Below, one piece after another: positions 47,201 to 55,648 of a DNA stretch of 64,000 nucleotides (the first letter of the stretch is position 1; the number at the start of each line of letters is the position of its first letter). The notes beneath the pieces are model-generated. The model was not told the DNA's origin. It saw only the letters and a list, made by a program, of their open reading frames with translations, and searched no databases. The DNA comes from Candidatus Omnitrophota bacterium. GTDB lineage: Bacteria; Omnitrophota; Gorgyraeia; Gorgyraeales; Gorgyraeaceae. The position numbers were made by a program, and so were the translations under genes. Location: NCBI GenBank assembly GCA_043814965.1, contig JBDRJN010000014.1, positions 3,084-67,083 of the forward strand. Reading direction: 5' to 3'.

Positions 47201-49509
47201 GAGGAAAGACAGTAGCAGCCCTAGCACCTAGTCTATATGAGATGTCTGAATTAGGTCATTTATGGTCAGGGGAAGGAACATACCTGGATAGCATGATAGA
47301 AAAACCCAATAACTGGGATATGTTAAAACCTATTCTAGAAAAAGGTTCGACAAATTTTAATTGGTGGAACCATCGTTATAGTATAAGCGGAGCAAAGAAA
47401 GCAGTTGAAATATATAAAGATCATATAGGAGAAGGCCTTGATATCTCCAATGATGTACTGCAGGTTGTAGGTAAAGAATATGAAGATTGGCGCGCTTTAA
47501 GGGTAATGCAGATTAAAAAATTAGCTAGTATTGAAGACGGCAGGAAAGTTAGATTACCCGACGAAGAAGAAACAAGACTGAAAAATATATATATGCTTGC
47601 TTCAGACTTTCATAAGGCATTGGGCAGCTCTATAGGTTATATTGACTTAGGGAAGGATTCAGTGTTTGCAGATACAGGAAAGAATACTGTTTTATTGGAG
47701 TCATATCTTAAAATCTTCAATAATACAAAAGAAGGAGAATTGCTGCGAAGACTTTGTAATATTAAAGAAAGGAATTTTCTTGCGCCCAATGTGCTTAGTT
47801 TTGGTTCACCCAAGTTAAACGAAGCTTTTAAAGCAGGCAAGATAAAAGTAGCAGAGAACGCAAAGGTAATATTTATTGACTCTGATAATGTGCTTGAGGC
47901 TGATATAAAAGCTGGAGGGAGCCTTATAATAGATTCTTGCATAGAAAAGCTTAATGTCAAAGGCAGCGGCCTTGTCTGTTATGTTCGCGAAGAAGGTGTA
48001 GTAGATTTAGAAGAGGGCAAAATTGTAGCTGATGTGGTTAATAAAAATAGTGAACTTGAGCGCATAGTAGAAGACCTAGCTGGAGATCCAAAGGCCAAAG
48101 GTGCCTCGCATCATAGATTTTCACCTGTTATTGAAACGCTAGGAGCTATTAAAGTGGCAAAGATATACGATGATGCCAAGAGATCATTTGAGGCTAGTGT
48201 TAGAGGTAAACAAGCGACAGGCCAGTCTCTCCTTGGCGGTATGGCAGAGGGGATAGGCGTAGATGAATATTCTAGTATAGAGACTAGCAGCCTTAGTGAA
48301 GCTGAAAAAGAGGCGATAACTAGAGAAGCTCTTTCGAATGCAATAGATAATTTTACAAACCTTGAATTATTCAATAAGGTCTTAAATAATTCTACCTCAA
48401 CATATATTACAAGAAACGGCCAGATAACTACTTCTGATGCTGGAGACCTTGGTGCAGCTTTCACGGATTCTGGATTATTGGACCTAGCCATAGAGGCTGG
48501 TATGGAGTTTCCTGTCAATGGTGTTGTAATATCCAAAAATGCCGGGTTAGAGAATGCCCCTATAGAGATAATAAATTCTGTAGCTAGGCATAGTGCTAAA
48601 AAAGATATATTCTTGAGCGCGCTACAGGATATTAAATCAGGCACATTAACTACAGATAATCTGACTCCAGTCGAACTTGAATTCTTATCAGCCGTAAAAG
48701 ACTTTACGGAACTTTCTATCTTTACAGGTTTATTTAGTGAAAATGGGCCTGATTTTATAAAGCTTGATCCAAATGGCTCGGTAAATACATCCGACCTTAT
48801 AGAGCTGAATCTAGAGTTTAGCGATTTAGGTATAATGGAATACGCCAATGATATTGGTCTAGAATTGGATGGAGTAGTGATTTCTGGAGATACTACTACT
48901 GCAGCAGCTGACATGAAGCAGGAATTCGGCCTTAGTTATCAAGATATTGTCTCAACTGACCTAGATGAAGTTGGTGGAGGAGAGGCATTAGGTATTGGCG
49001 GAGAAGAATATAATACTATAGAGACCAGTGGCTTTACTGAAGAAGATCCTATGATTAGTGCTGCTAAGGAAGAACTCAAAAAAGTGACAGAAGCAGTTTT
49101 AAGGCCAGCGCCAAGTTTAGAAACTAGGATGTCCGAACTTTATGATATTTCCTCTAAGGATAAGGTTGACAGTATGAGCCAGATCGATGCTGTATTTGCA
49201 GACAAAGTTATTGGTAATGAGGTAGAGTTCGAGGCATGGCTGCGTGATAAGCGTAACGGAGGCCATGCAGTAGTTATCATAGCAACCGAAGACGAATACG
49301 CTGATGTTGAAAAATATAAAGATATTGCTTACATAAAAGTCTTGGGTAGAGATATAAAAGGCCCAGGTTTTATTAAGAAATTTGAAGAACTAAGAGTATT
49401 GTGCGAATTTAAACAATTTGCGAGTTTTAACTTTGGTGATGTATTAGATGTCTCATCAAATGTTGATGAATACAAGGAAGCATTCGAAGCAGTAGCTGAC
49501 GACATGTAG
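41287..49509 (+). CDS. Giant (2740 aa) exported multidomain protein with EreA/ChaN-like head, wHTH, PGK-like, zincin-like and NDP-sugar pyrophosphorylase-like modules
   Basis: Uninterrupted 8.2-kb ORF; signal peptide (...TNIAYG-A); motifs HIQDLH/SEG/GGFH, VRGNLNAP...STGGGVSL, EEFRH, AGSGSRNYPLT. Confidence 0.8.
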   Translation: MTVCSLRKTCSVFLIVIFTITNIAYGAPSERSFFKNKKVDYKKLSTQSQEQLEKKKAVLSGEDVKKTSKKPSKAKQIDFSAHLSDISEINIPGELGRVVEVYKAPDSEKDKNRLVVHIQDLHANPEATLNLASILEILVKDYNLDLICSEGAEGEVDTSSVSSFPDAEIRKKTAKLFVNSGELTGEEYLSITKYPDLPIWGIEDKDIYFNNIVQFNKIMQFSNSSYVFISQCTNALDALKPYIYSKEILELDQKESEYDNGNLETSLYLDYVLPYVEQFNISKDKYKNISLLTETMAKEKTIDQQKVMKESQDLLMDLQNMLSRKGGESDLEALIAKAELFKNKKISPFSFYNYLKGLAQKHLKEKSESYTYLNEFIDYLTKVNDLDASKLFTEIGELSYEIKDNLAKKDEEKLLTKVIRNAKFLTGFFSLKISNEELDYYLEDKPSFEVSFFKEFLEPNLKKYNITSYVDYNPEFIDNKFSEIEEFYGTVKSRDFSMFNNSMSQIESRRAKVAALISGGFHTRGITKLLREKGYSYVVISPYSSQETDEENYHFLLSGQRKPIEELIRQLDVEETVDRLSSNDNLRSLMRFGNNTVEAWNNSVVPQKIAEILGLKVEDVQLEPLLNDAAIVLGLSSGAEAWHSSPVGMEVRSPRKGEIILKFDDNSYVKMTSLGEVKRVDKKEFRGKTTLSITPNVDGTINVAETDRGKGSPLELLKFMVDGTYYEGESISKADLVAGRSFSVSTIDLEIKSLTELGLLKKNSDGTYELTSYIGLEQYNNIKAVTGPIVQVNGKNEGLNRYRIDDLSEDKKNEFKNAIDFAVTYQKTPSNFLKKLILAGGKLDIKGTGESGEALALYYADLAETFAGPTGIESVALSKNITFAEAGLIADIVDHASALNITGTRNSISQAFETAKNLSVSREEPRYSIKETSLSSDFEIARNLPDMYRDLSPEKIKDKIIIVRGNLNAPLDKSGEVSDPTRPDNIDKAVTYIIENGGTPVVYGHLMRRENNISMEPVASYLSDKYGQDDVVFHKGSITKDGLTISRNNIIRGKINILENIRLVDKENEAKLGRQIASLSEDKILVADALGDEGSSDVVHVYNAASEVYQGPEERREFSELEDTLKNGVDVVLFGGFKIEKLDLLLRLVDALRDGGVVLLGSGPSDHIRNDPEIKEQLKGLIDAGKIILAEGDKYYFNKVMGRDMPGDISSQDLERYSNILDNLKPGQRVLFNGTMGFMEKKDSNENIEISYREGTKKILEKVSEISEKGVKGLGVGGDGTKWARHYRLNKKENIMLSTGGGVSLSLITHEPLKGTKALSNRAQTQKIAKRDFSSEYGYVAEDLVGPLASMAKTTSQDNTPYAKYASDRDNVSPSTIKTQPAIGRPEAVAYEADSPYNIITQLQEAKKTDYARNLQDVMSVALRDYPELRDISFKIKIISNSQENLAEYMPGQEMITIDESILANFELMRQELISEEFRHMLYNNLVRSVRNKDVTPRQRLVEEAATDMQKFRDLLRIQTAEGRAALIGPLIYSTDKFNFYRLLLRTIPQGKERNDVLDILLRDHFISEDFRNNYSERKGISGDEERQVEALNTHYKNNSVFSPELQRLMIKPITLEEVKAYETDFNNIRLEYRAQKMAEKPASAEDTWTEVTKKFTDKAEQYERAMILTELDKIASGDYVAEDLIGPLAINQLPIDVSDDRDTVGILLSAEGLLGKGFISERRIDNNNDLDRTNPSKPAYYIDRMENALEEHSTYDEIILAVIDDRMKTQVWKEIKTAFQGTEYEFLLRKIRVVSKIKPDTGNHDAVIELLDSAVGVGKKEDNDKGRFLIIQTAGSGSRNYPLTATAKGNKGLVQVPGDIDGKAVFNNIIQTICQSHQLLDDTPSGTVTVLGCDQLWAVANSVKGSGAGLDILGNSVSMDNVIKELVDLGIINGVENSKIISDLTEEEIALRIDYLFDPKIRTEEVGLKWRGKTVAALAPSLYEMSELGHLWSGEGTYLDSMIEKPNNWDMLKPILEKGSTNFNWWNHRYSISGAKKAVEIYKDHIGEGLDISNDVLQVVGKEYEDWRALRVMQIKKLASIEDGRKVRLPDEEETRLKNIYMLASDFHKALGSSIGYIDLGKDSVFADTGKNTVLLESYLKIFNNTKEGELLRRLCNIKERNFLAPNVLSFGSPKLNEAFKAGKIKVAENAKVIFIDSDNVLEADIKAGGSLIIDSCIEKLNVKGSGLVCYVREEGVVDLEEGKIVADVVNKNSELERIVEDLAGDPKAKGASHHRFSPVIETLGAIKVAKIYDDAKRSFEASVRGKQATGQSLLGGMAEGIGVDEYSSIETSSLSEAEKEAITREALSNAIDNFTNLELFNKVLNNSTSTYITRNGQITTSDAGDLGAAFTDSGLLDLAIEAGMEFPVNGVVISKNAGLENAPIEIINSVARHSAKKDIFLSALQDIKSGTLTTDNLTPVELEFLSAVKDFTELSIFTGLFSENGPDFIKLDPNGSVNTSDLIELNLEFSDLGIMEYANDIGLELDGVVISGDTTTAAADMKQEFGLSYQDIVSTDLDEVGGGEALGIGGEEYNTIETSGFTEEDPMISAAKEELKKVTEAVLRPAPSLETRMSELYDISSKDKVDSMSQIDAVFADKVIGNEVEFEAWLRDKRNGGHAVVIIATEDEYADVEKYKDIAYIKVLGRDIKGPGFIKKFEELRVLCEFKQFASFNFGDVLDVSSNVDEYKEAFEAVADDM

Positions 49510-49554
49510 AGACGTTTTCCAAGCCGTAAGGGAAACTGTCTCTAGCCCAATCGG

Positions 49555-49574
49555 CCTGCCTGCCGGTAGGCAGG
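49555..49574. repeat. Second copy of the 20-bp palindrome (CCTGCCTGCCGGTAGGCAGG)
   Basis: One mismatch to 40147-40166; both copies are followed by G. Confidence 0.9.
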
Positions 49575-49587
49575 GAAAGTGTACCCT

Positions 49588-49631
49588 ATAGGCCTTTTGT
49601 GTACTAAACCTACACAAAAGGCCTATTTTTT
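49588..49631 (+). terminator. Intrinsic terminator of the giant gene
   Basis: Perfect 16-bp stem ATAGGCCTTTTGTGTA/TACACAAAAGGCCTAT followed by a T run. Confidence 0.8.
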
Positions 49632-49874
49632 GTAATACTTAAATGCTTAAGTAACAAATCATATTATAGCCGTACCCGGCAAGCCTACGAAAAGACGCTC
49701 GATTGCCCCAGCGAGGCAATCTTTGCTCAGTGCTGCTTCTCGCTCCTCCCACCACTTTTATTAGCGTTGCCTATTATTGAAAGTATTGCAGTAAGTTTAT
49801 TTTTTTCTTGACATATTATAGTCTCCTATAGTATATTATACATACTCTATTGAAAGGGAGGTGTTTGGATTTTG

Positions 49875-49902
49875 AAGTGGGTTAAGTTTTACCCACTTTT
49901 TT
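49875..49902 (+). promoter_or_regulatory. rimP leader hairpin
   Basis: AAGTGGGT-loop-ACCCACTT-TTTT just upstream of rimP, matching the GTGGG...CCCAC leader commonly seen before rimP-nusA-infB. Confidence 0.7.
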
Positions 49903-49907
49903 GTTTT

Positions 49908-50357
49908 ATGCTAGACAGGCTCAACGATATCATCCAACCTATCATAAAAGAAGAAAATGCAGAATTAGTAGACCTTATCTATAGAAATGAATCCGGTAGG
50001 CGCATCCTTCGCCTTTTAGTAGATAAAGAAGGCGGGATCACCATGGAAGATTGCGTAAAGATAAATGAACGGATAAGCCAGGCCTTGGATGAAGCTGATA
50101 TTATAAATGAAAAGTTTTTTCTTGAGGTGAACTCTCCCGGGCTTGATAGGCCGTTTAAGAACAAAAGAGATTATGAAAAAGCAGTAGGGAGGTTAGTAAG
50201 AGTTACTCTAAACGCAAAGATCCCTGACAAGATGGAATATATAGCTATCTTAAAGGAAGTCTTGGAGGATAGTATAAAAATAGATGTAAAGAAAAAAGGT
50301 ATAATAGAGATACCTTTTGGGAATATTGTAAGGGCAAGACAGGAAATAGAACTATAA
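49908..50357 (+). CDS. rimP: Ribosome maturation factor
   Basis: LRLLVDKEGGITMEDC, LEVNSPGLDRP; ATG 49908 preferred to TTG 49872. Confidence 0.93.
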   Translation: MLDRLNDIIQPIIKEENAELVDLIYRNESGRRILRLLVDKEGGITMEDCVKINERISQALDEADIINEKFFLEVNSPGLDRPFKNKRDYEKAVGRLVRVTLNAKIPDKMEYIAILKEVLEDSIKIDVKKKGIIEIPFGNIVRARQEIEL

Positions 50358-50359
50358 AG

Positions 50360-50436
50360 GCACAATGTAGGTGGTCCTTAGGGGCCGCCTACATTGTGCT
50401 GCGACAATACTGTAAGGCACACTTCAGTGCGCCAAA
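50360..50436. repeat. REP-like doublet between rimP and nusA
   Basis: GCACAAT-GTAGGTGGTCCTTAGGGGCCGCCTAC-ATTGTGC hairpin, then GCGACAATACTGTAAGGCACACTTCAGTGCGCCAAA (33/36 identical to 53770-53805). Confidence 0.8.
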
Positions 50437-50459
50437 GACATTAAGATTAGGAGCTAGAC

Positions 50460-51677
50460 ATGAGTCAAGAATTATTAGCAATATTAGACAGCATCGAAAG
50501 AGACAAAGGTATTAAAAAAGAGATATTGATAAGCGCTATAGAGGCTGCTCTTATCAGTGCTGCGCGAAAGAAGGTAGGAAAACATGTTACTGATATAAAG
50601 GTTGAATTTCAGGCTGAGACAGGTGAATTCAAGGTATTCGGGCCTGAAGGAGAAGAACTCGCCGGAGACTTTGGGAGGATCTCTGCTCAGACAGCAAAAC
50701 AGGTCATCATACAAAAGATACGTGAAGCTGAAAGAGACGTGGTGTTTGAAGAATACAAGGGCAAGGTAAATGACATAGCGACAGGCAGTGTGCATAGATT
50801 TGAAAAAGGCGTTCTTGTGGTGGACCTTGGAAGAGCAGAAGGGGTTTTACCAAGGAGAGAGATACCACAAAAAGAAGAATACAGGCAGGGTGATAGGATA
50901 AAGGCCCTTATTTTGGAAGTAAAGAAGACGCCTAAAGGGCCTGAGATATTGCTATCAAGGACCAACCCGGGCCTTGTCAAAAGGCTTTTTGAGCTGGAGG
51001 TCCCAGAGATATATGAAGGCATAGTTGATATAAAAGGTGTTTCTAGAGAGGCTGGGGACCGCTCCAAGATAGCTGTATATTCCAAGGATGACAAGGTCGA
51101 CCCAGTCGGCGCATGCGTTGGTATGAGAGGTCAGCGTGTAAAGAACATTGTCAGGGAACTCGGAGATGAAAAGATCGATATCGTGCGCTGGAGTGTTGAT
51201 ATCGGAGAATTTATATGCGCAAGCCTTAGTCCGGCAGAGATATCTAGCATAAAAACAAACGAGACTTATAGAAAAGCAGAGGTTATAGTGGCAGATGACC
51301 AGCTTTCGCTTGCGATAGGTAAACGCGGCCAGAATGTAAGGCTTGCTGCAAAGCTGACAGGATGGAATATAGACATAAGGAGCAAATCCGAAATAGATAA
51401 ATTAAATTCTATCCCAGTAAAAGAGATAGCCGGTATAGGCCCTAAGACAGAAAAGGCGCTTATAAAATCAGGCTTTAAGACAATAGGAGATATTACAAAA
51501 CTTGATATAAAAGATATCACTGATGTAAAGGGTATTGGCAAAAAGACAGCTGAAAAGATCCTGGAATCAGCCAAGGAATTGATGAAGAGTAAGGTCCATG
51601 AGGCAAGAGAAGAGAAAAATAAAGAGAAAAAACTATCTAATGAGAAGGCAGAAGAAAAGGAGAAGTTAGAAGAATGA
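50460..51677 (+). CDS. nusA: Transcription factor NusA
   Basis: FGRISAQTAKQVI, GACVGMRG, LAIGKRGQNVRLA, C-terminal HhH. Confidence 0.98.
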   Translation: MSQELLAILDSIERDKGIKKEILISAIEAALISAARKKVGKHVTDIKVEFQAETGEFKVFGPEGEELAGDFGRISAQTAKQVIIQKIREAERDVVFEEYKGKVNDIATGSVHRFEKGVLVVDLGRAEGVLPRREIPQKEEYRQGDRIKALILEVKKTPKGPEILLSRTNPGLVKRLFELEVPEIYEGIVDIKGVSREAGDRSKIAVYSKDDKVDPVGACVGMRGQRVKNIVRELGDEKIDIVRWSVDIGEFICASLSPAEISSIKTNETYRKAEVIVADDQLSLAIGKRGQNVRLAAKLTGWNIDIRSKSEIDKLNSIPVKEIAGIGPKTEKALIKSGFKTIGDITKLDIKDITDVKGIGKKTAEKILESAKELMKSKVHEAREEKNKEKKLSNEKAEEKEKLEE

Positions 51678-53719
51678 GCATAAGAGTCCACCAACTTGCT
51701 AAAGAACTGGGATTGTCCAGTAAAGACTTGATAGAGAGGCTTCATAAGCTAAAAGTAGAGGTTAAAGGCCATATGAGCGCTTTAGATGAAGATACTATCT
51801 TGTTGGTAAGGAAAGAGGCTTCTCCTAAAAAAGAAAAAAAGACTGTAGAGGCCAAGCCTAAGGTAATAAAAGAAGCAAAGAAAAAAGAAAAATCTCTTCC
51901 AGAGCCAAAGCAGGCTGAGATCGTAGAAGAAAAGGCTCCTCCGATCCAGAAAGAAAAACCTGCCCTAAAGATACTCAAGGTAGACCTTCCTATAAATTTA
52001 AAGGACCTTTCTGTAAAATTACAGGTCAAACCCAATGAATTGATAAAAAAGCTTCTTACGAAGAAGATACTTATCACTATAAACCAGAACCTGAATGAAG
52101 AGGTTGCTCAGTTGATAGCTAATGATTTTGGATACATGATAGAGAGGCTCCCTACCAAGGAAGAAGAGTTGATCACAGAACATGAAATAGATGACCCTAA
52201 GAGAATGAAGTTAAGGGCACCGATAGTTACTTTCATGGGGCATGTAGATCATGGTAAGACATCGCTTTTGGATATGATACGGAAGACAAAAGTAGTAGAT
52301 AAAGAAGCAGGTGGCATAACTCAGCATATAGGAGCGTATGAGGTAGTACTTCCAAAGGGAAGAGTTACTTTTTTAGACACCCCAGGCCATGCTGCTTTTA
52401 CTGCTATGAGGGCAAGAGGGGCAAATGTAACAGATGTCGTAGTATTGGTAGTAGCTGCCGACGATGGGATCATGCCTCAGACCATTGAAGCTATAGACCA
52501 TGCTAGGGCTGCAGATGTACCTATTGTCGTAGCTATAAATAAGATAGATAAGAATAATATTGATGTGGATAAGGTCAAAAAACAACTCGCAGAACATGAT
52601 CTTTTGCCAGAAGATTGGGGAGGCAAGACCATAACTGTCGGGGTATCTGCAAAGACAGGGCAAGGCATAGATGATCTACTTGAGATGCTTCTTTTGGAAG
52701 CAGAACTTTTGGAATTAAAGGCCAATCCTGATGCTCCTGCAAATGGTGTTATAGTAGAAGCTGAACTTTCAAAAGGCAAAGGCCCTGTTGCAACAGTCCT
52801 GATCTCCAGAGGCACTCTAAGGATAGGGGATATGGTCATAGTAGGGACTTCTTACGGTAAGATAAAGGCTATGCTTGATGATAAGGGCCATCGTGTGACT
52901 GAGGCTTATCCTGCAAAGCCAGTAGAGATATTAGGTTTGTCCGGGGTCCCTTTAGCTGGTGAAAAGTTTTATGTAGTGGATGATGAACAAAATGCCAAGA
53001 ATATAATAAATAAAAGGCGTCTTGACGAAGAAAAGAAAAAAATAGAACAAAAACCTCAGAAAATAACACTTGAGGAACTTTATAATAAAATACAAGAAGG
53101 CGAGATCAAGGAGTTAAAAGTAATATTAAAGGCTGATGTAAGAGGTTCTCTCGAGGCAATAAAGGATTCTTTAGAGAAGCTTAGCGCTGCTGAGATAAAG
53201 ATATCAATAATACACGCGCAGGTAGGAAATATAAATGAATCAGATGTCATGCTCAGCGCAGCATCAAATGCAGTAGTATTAGGGTTTCATGTTGATGTGA
53301 CGCCCAACGCTAAGGCGCTCTCGAAACAAGAAGGGGTAGATATAAGGCTTTATAATATAATCTATGAGGCTATAAATGATATAAAAGCTGCTATGGAAGG
53401 CCTTTTGGAACCTATAATAGAAGAGACTTTCTTGGGCCGCGCAGATGTTAGAGAAGTATTCAGGGTCTCCAAGGTAGGGACAGTAGCTGGTTGTTTTATC
53501 ACAAAGGGCAAGGTCCCCAGAGACGCTACTTGTAAGATCCTGAGAGACAAAGAGCCTGTATTTAAAGGTAAGATAACATCGCTCAAGCATTTCAAGGATG
53601 ATCTTAAAGAAGCCAAAGAAGGCAGCGAGTGCGGTATAAGTTTTAGTTTTAAGGATATTAAAAAAGGCGATGTGATCGAGGCAATAGAGATCAAAAAAGT
53701 AGCCCGACGTTTAAAATAG
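51674..53719 (+). CDS. infB: Translation initiation factor IF-2
   Basis: [17 protein letters not shown]. Confidence 0.98.
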   Translation: MSIRVHQLAKELGLSSKDLIERLHKLKVEVKGHMSALDEDTILLVRKEASPKKEKKTVEAKPKVIKEAKKKEKSLPEPKQAEIVEEKAPPIQKEKPALKILKVDLPINLKDLSVKLQVKPNELIKKLLTKKILITINQNLNEEVAQLIANDFGYMIERLPTKEEELITEHEIDDPKRMKLRAPIVTFMGHVDHGKTSLLDMIRKTKVVDKEAGGITQHIGAYEVVLPKGRVTFLDTPGHAAFTAMRARGANVTDVVVLVVAADDGIMPQTIEAIDHARAADVPIVVAINKIDKNNIDVDKVKKQLAEHDLLPEDWGGKTITVGVSAKTGQGIDDLLEMLLLEAELLELKANPDAPANGVIVEAELSKGKGPVATVLISRGTLRIGDMVIVGTSYGKIKAMLDDKGHRVTEAYPAKPVEILGLSGVPLAGEKFYVVDDEQNAKNIINKRRLDEEKKKIEQKPQKITLEELYNKIQEGEIKELKVILKADVRGSLEAIKDSLEKLSAAEIKISIIHAQVGNINESDVMLSAASNAVVLGFHVDVTPNAKALSKQEGVDIRLYNIIYEAINDIKAAMEGLLEPIIEETFLGRADVREVFRVSKVGTVAGCFITKGKVPRDATCKILRDKEPVFKGKITSLKHFKDDLKEAKEGSECGISFSFKDIKKGDVIEAIEIKKVARRLK

Positions 53720-53734
53720 GCAAAGGCTGGAATT

Positions 53735-53805
53735 GGCGCATTTTAATGTGCCTGTTTATGGAAGCCTTTGCGACAACACTGTAAGGCACACTTTAGTGTG
53801 CCAAA
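53735..53805. repeat. REP-like doublet between infB and trpS
   Basis: GGCGCATTTTAATGTGCC hairpin and GCGACAACACTGTAAGGCACACTTTAGTGTGCCAAA. Confidence 0.75.
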
Positions 53806-53817
53806 AGTCAATATCAT

Positions 53818-54798
53818 ATGAAAAAACGTATCTTAAGCGGCATGAGGCCTACAGGGCCACTTCATCTGGGACATCTATTTGGAGCGCTTTCGAATTGGGT
53901 AAAGCTCCAGGATGATTATGATTGCTTTTTTATGGTTGCGGACTGGCATGCGCTTATGAGTGAATATGAAGGCCCAAAGGACATGCCTCGATATACATTA
54001 GAATGTGTTGCTGATTGGATAGCATCTGGAATAGATCCTGAAAAAAGTGCTATATTTGTGCAATCTCATATAAAAGAGCACCTGGATCTATTTATGATAT
54101 TTTCAACATTTGTGCCGCTTGGGTGGCTTGAGAGGTGTCCTACGTATAAGGAGCAGCTTAGGGAGGTCACTACTAGGGAGCTTCATACCTATGGGTTTTT
54201 AGGATATCCTGTTCTCCAGGCTTCTGATATATTGCTGTATCATGCAGATATTGTCCCTGTAGGAAGAGACCAACTCCCGCACCTGGAACTTACTAATGAT
54301 ATAGGGGCAAAGTTCAACAATCTATACGGGAATACATTTAATGAGATAAAGCCGCTTCTTACTAATACTCCAAAACTATTAGGTACAGATGGACGGAAGA
54401 TGAGCAAATCCTATAGCAATTTTATTGCGCTCGGTGATACTGAAATAGATATTAAGAAAAAATGCTCCTCTATGTTTACAGACCCCAAGAGGATAAAGCT
54501 GACAGACAAAGGCCATCCGGATGAATGTAATCTTTATTCATATTTTGAGCTTTTTAAAAAAGATCGTTTAGAGGATGTATATGAATATTGCATAAATGCA
54601 AAAAAAGGCTGTACAGAGTGTAAAAGCGGACTAGCAAAGGTTATCTCGGATTACCTGTCTGATATAAGAAACAAGAGAGAAAAGCTCCTGAAAGATAAAG
54701 ATACGCTGATAGATATATTGAGAGAAGGAACCAAGAAGGCAAGTAAGGTAGCATCAGAGACGATAAAAGAAGTTAAGCAGAAAGTCGGTTTAACTTAG
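53818..54798 (+). CDS. trpS: Tryptophan--tRNA ligase
   Basis: SGMRPTGPLHLGH, YPVLQASDI, VPVGRDQ, KMSKS. Confidence 0.97.
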   Translation: MKKRILSGMRPTGPLHLGHLFGALSNWVKLQDDYDCFFMVADWHALMSEYEGPKDMPRYTLECVADWIASGIDPEKSAIFVQSHIKEHLDLFMIFSTFVPLGWLERCPTYKEQLREVTTRELHTYGFLGYPVLQASDILLYHADIVPVGRDQLPHLELTNDIGAKFNNLYGNTFNEIKPLLTNTPKLLGTDGRKMSKSYSNFIALGDTEIDIKKKCSSMFTDPKRIKLTDKGHPDECNLYSYFELFKKDRLEDVYEYCINAKKGCTECKSGLAKVISDYLSDIRNKREKLLKDKDTLIDILREGTKKASKVASETIKEVKQKVGLT

Positions 54799-54898
54799 TT
54801 TATAGTTTATGGTTTATTGTTTATGGAAATAGATTTTGATCCTAAAACTCTAAACCCTTAATACGATCTATAAACTATATACTATCAACCATAAACTA
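54796..54898. repeat. Heptamer-array hairpin (TAGTTTA family)
   Basis: TAGTTTA TAGTTTA TGGTTTA TTGTTTA ... TAAACTA TATACTA TCAACCA TAAACTA; the first unit supplies the trpS stop codon. Confidence 0.85.
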
Positions 54899-54903
54899 AA
54901 AAA

Positions 54904-55635
54904 ATGTCATATAAAGTAAAACTAGAGGTTTTTGAAGGGCCATTAGACCTGCTCTTATATCTTATCAAAAAGAACGAGATAGATATATACGATATCCCTA
55001 TCTCTACGATCACAGAGCAATACCTTGAATATATAGAACTTATGAGGATGTTGGACCTGAACATCGCAGGAGAATTTCTCGTGATGGCAGCTACTCTTAT
55101 ACATATAAAAAGCAAACTGCTGCTTCCTCCGGAGGAAAAAGAAGCCCTGATAGAAGAAGAGGAGGACCCGAGAGAAGAGCTTGTAAGGCGCCTTCTTGAG
55201 TATAAAAAATTTAAAGAAGTAGCAGGGGTATTGCAGGATCTGGAAGGCCAGCGAAAAAAGATGTTCACCAGAAGCTCTAATTTTGAACCTGGCGAGGGTG
55301 AGCCTGAAAAATTTTTCGAGGCGAGCCTATTTGACCTTATTACAGCATTGACCAAGGTCTTGAAAGACGTACCTAAAGAGATGTTTCAGGAAATAGTGAA
55401 AGATGAATTCACTGTTGAGCAAAAAGTCCATGACTTACTGCATATGCTGGTAGAAAAACCCGTGATCTATCTGATAGAACTTTTTAAGAAATCAAAGAAT
55501 AAGCTGGAGATAATCTCTACATTTTTAGCAGTATTGGAACTTATAAGGCTTAAAGAAATAGTCATAGTACAGAAGCATAGTTTTGGGGATATAGAGGTAA
55601 TACGCAACGAGAAGCATAGATTGAGAGTGGAATGA
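54904..55635 (+). CDS. scpA: Segregation and condensation protein A
   Basis: FEGPLDLLLYLI, EFLVMAATL, FLAVLEL. Confidence 0.95.
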   Translation: MSYKVKLEVFEGPLDLLLYLIKKNEIDIYDIPISTITEQYLEYIELMRMLDLNIAGEFLVMAATLIHIKSKLLLPPEEKEALIEEEEDPREELVRRLLEYKKFKEVAGVLQDLEGQRKKMFTRSSNFEPGEGEPEKFFEASLFDLITALTKVLKDVPKEMFQEIVKDEFTVEQKVHDLLHMLVEKPVIYLIELFKKSKNKLEIISTFLAVLELIRLKEIVIVQKHSFGDIEVIRNEKHRLRVE

Positions 55636-55648
55636 ACTAGGATCTATT

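Noticed and set aside
53733-53915. 60-aa ORF overlapping the trpS start
   Set aside because: TTG start inside a REP-like repeat and out-of-frame overlap with trpS.
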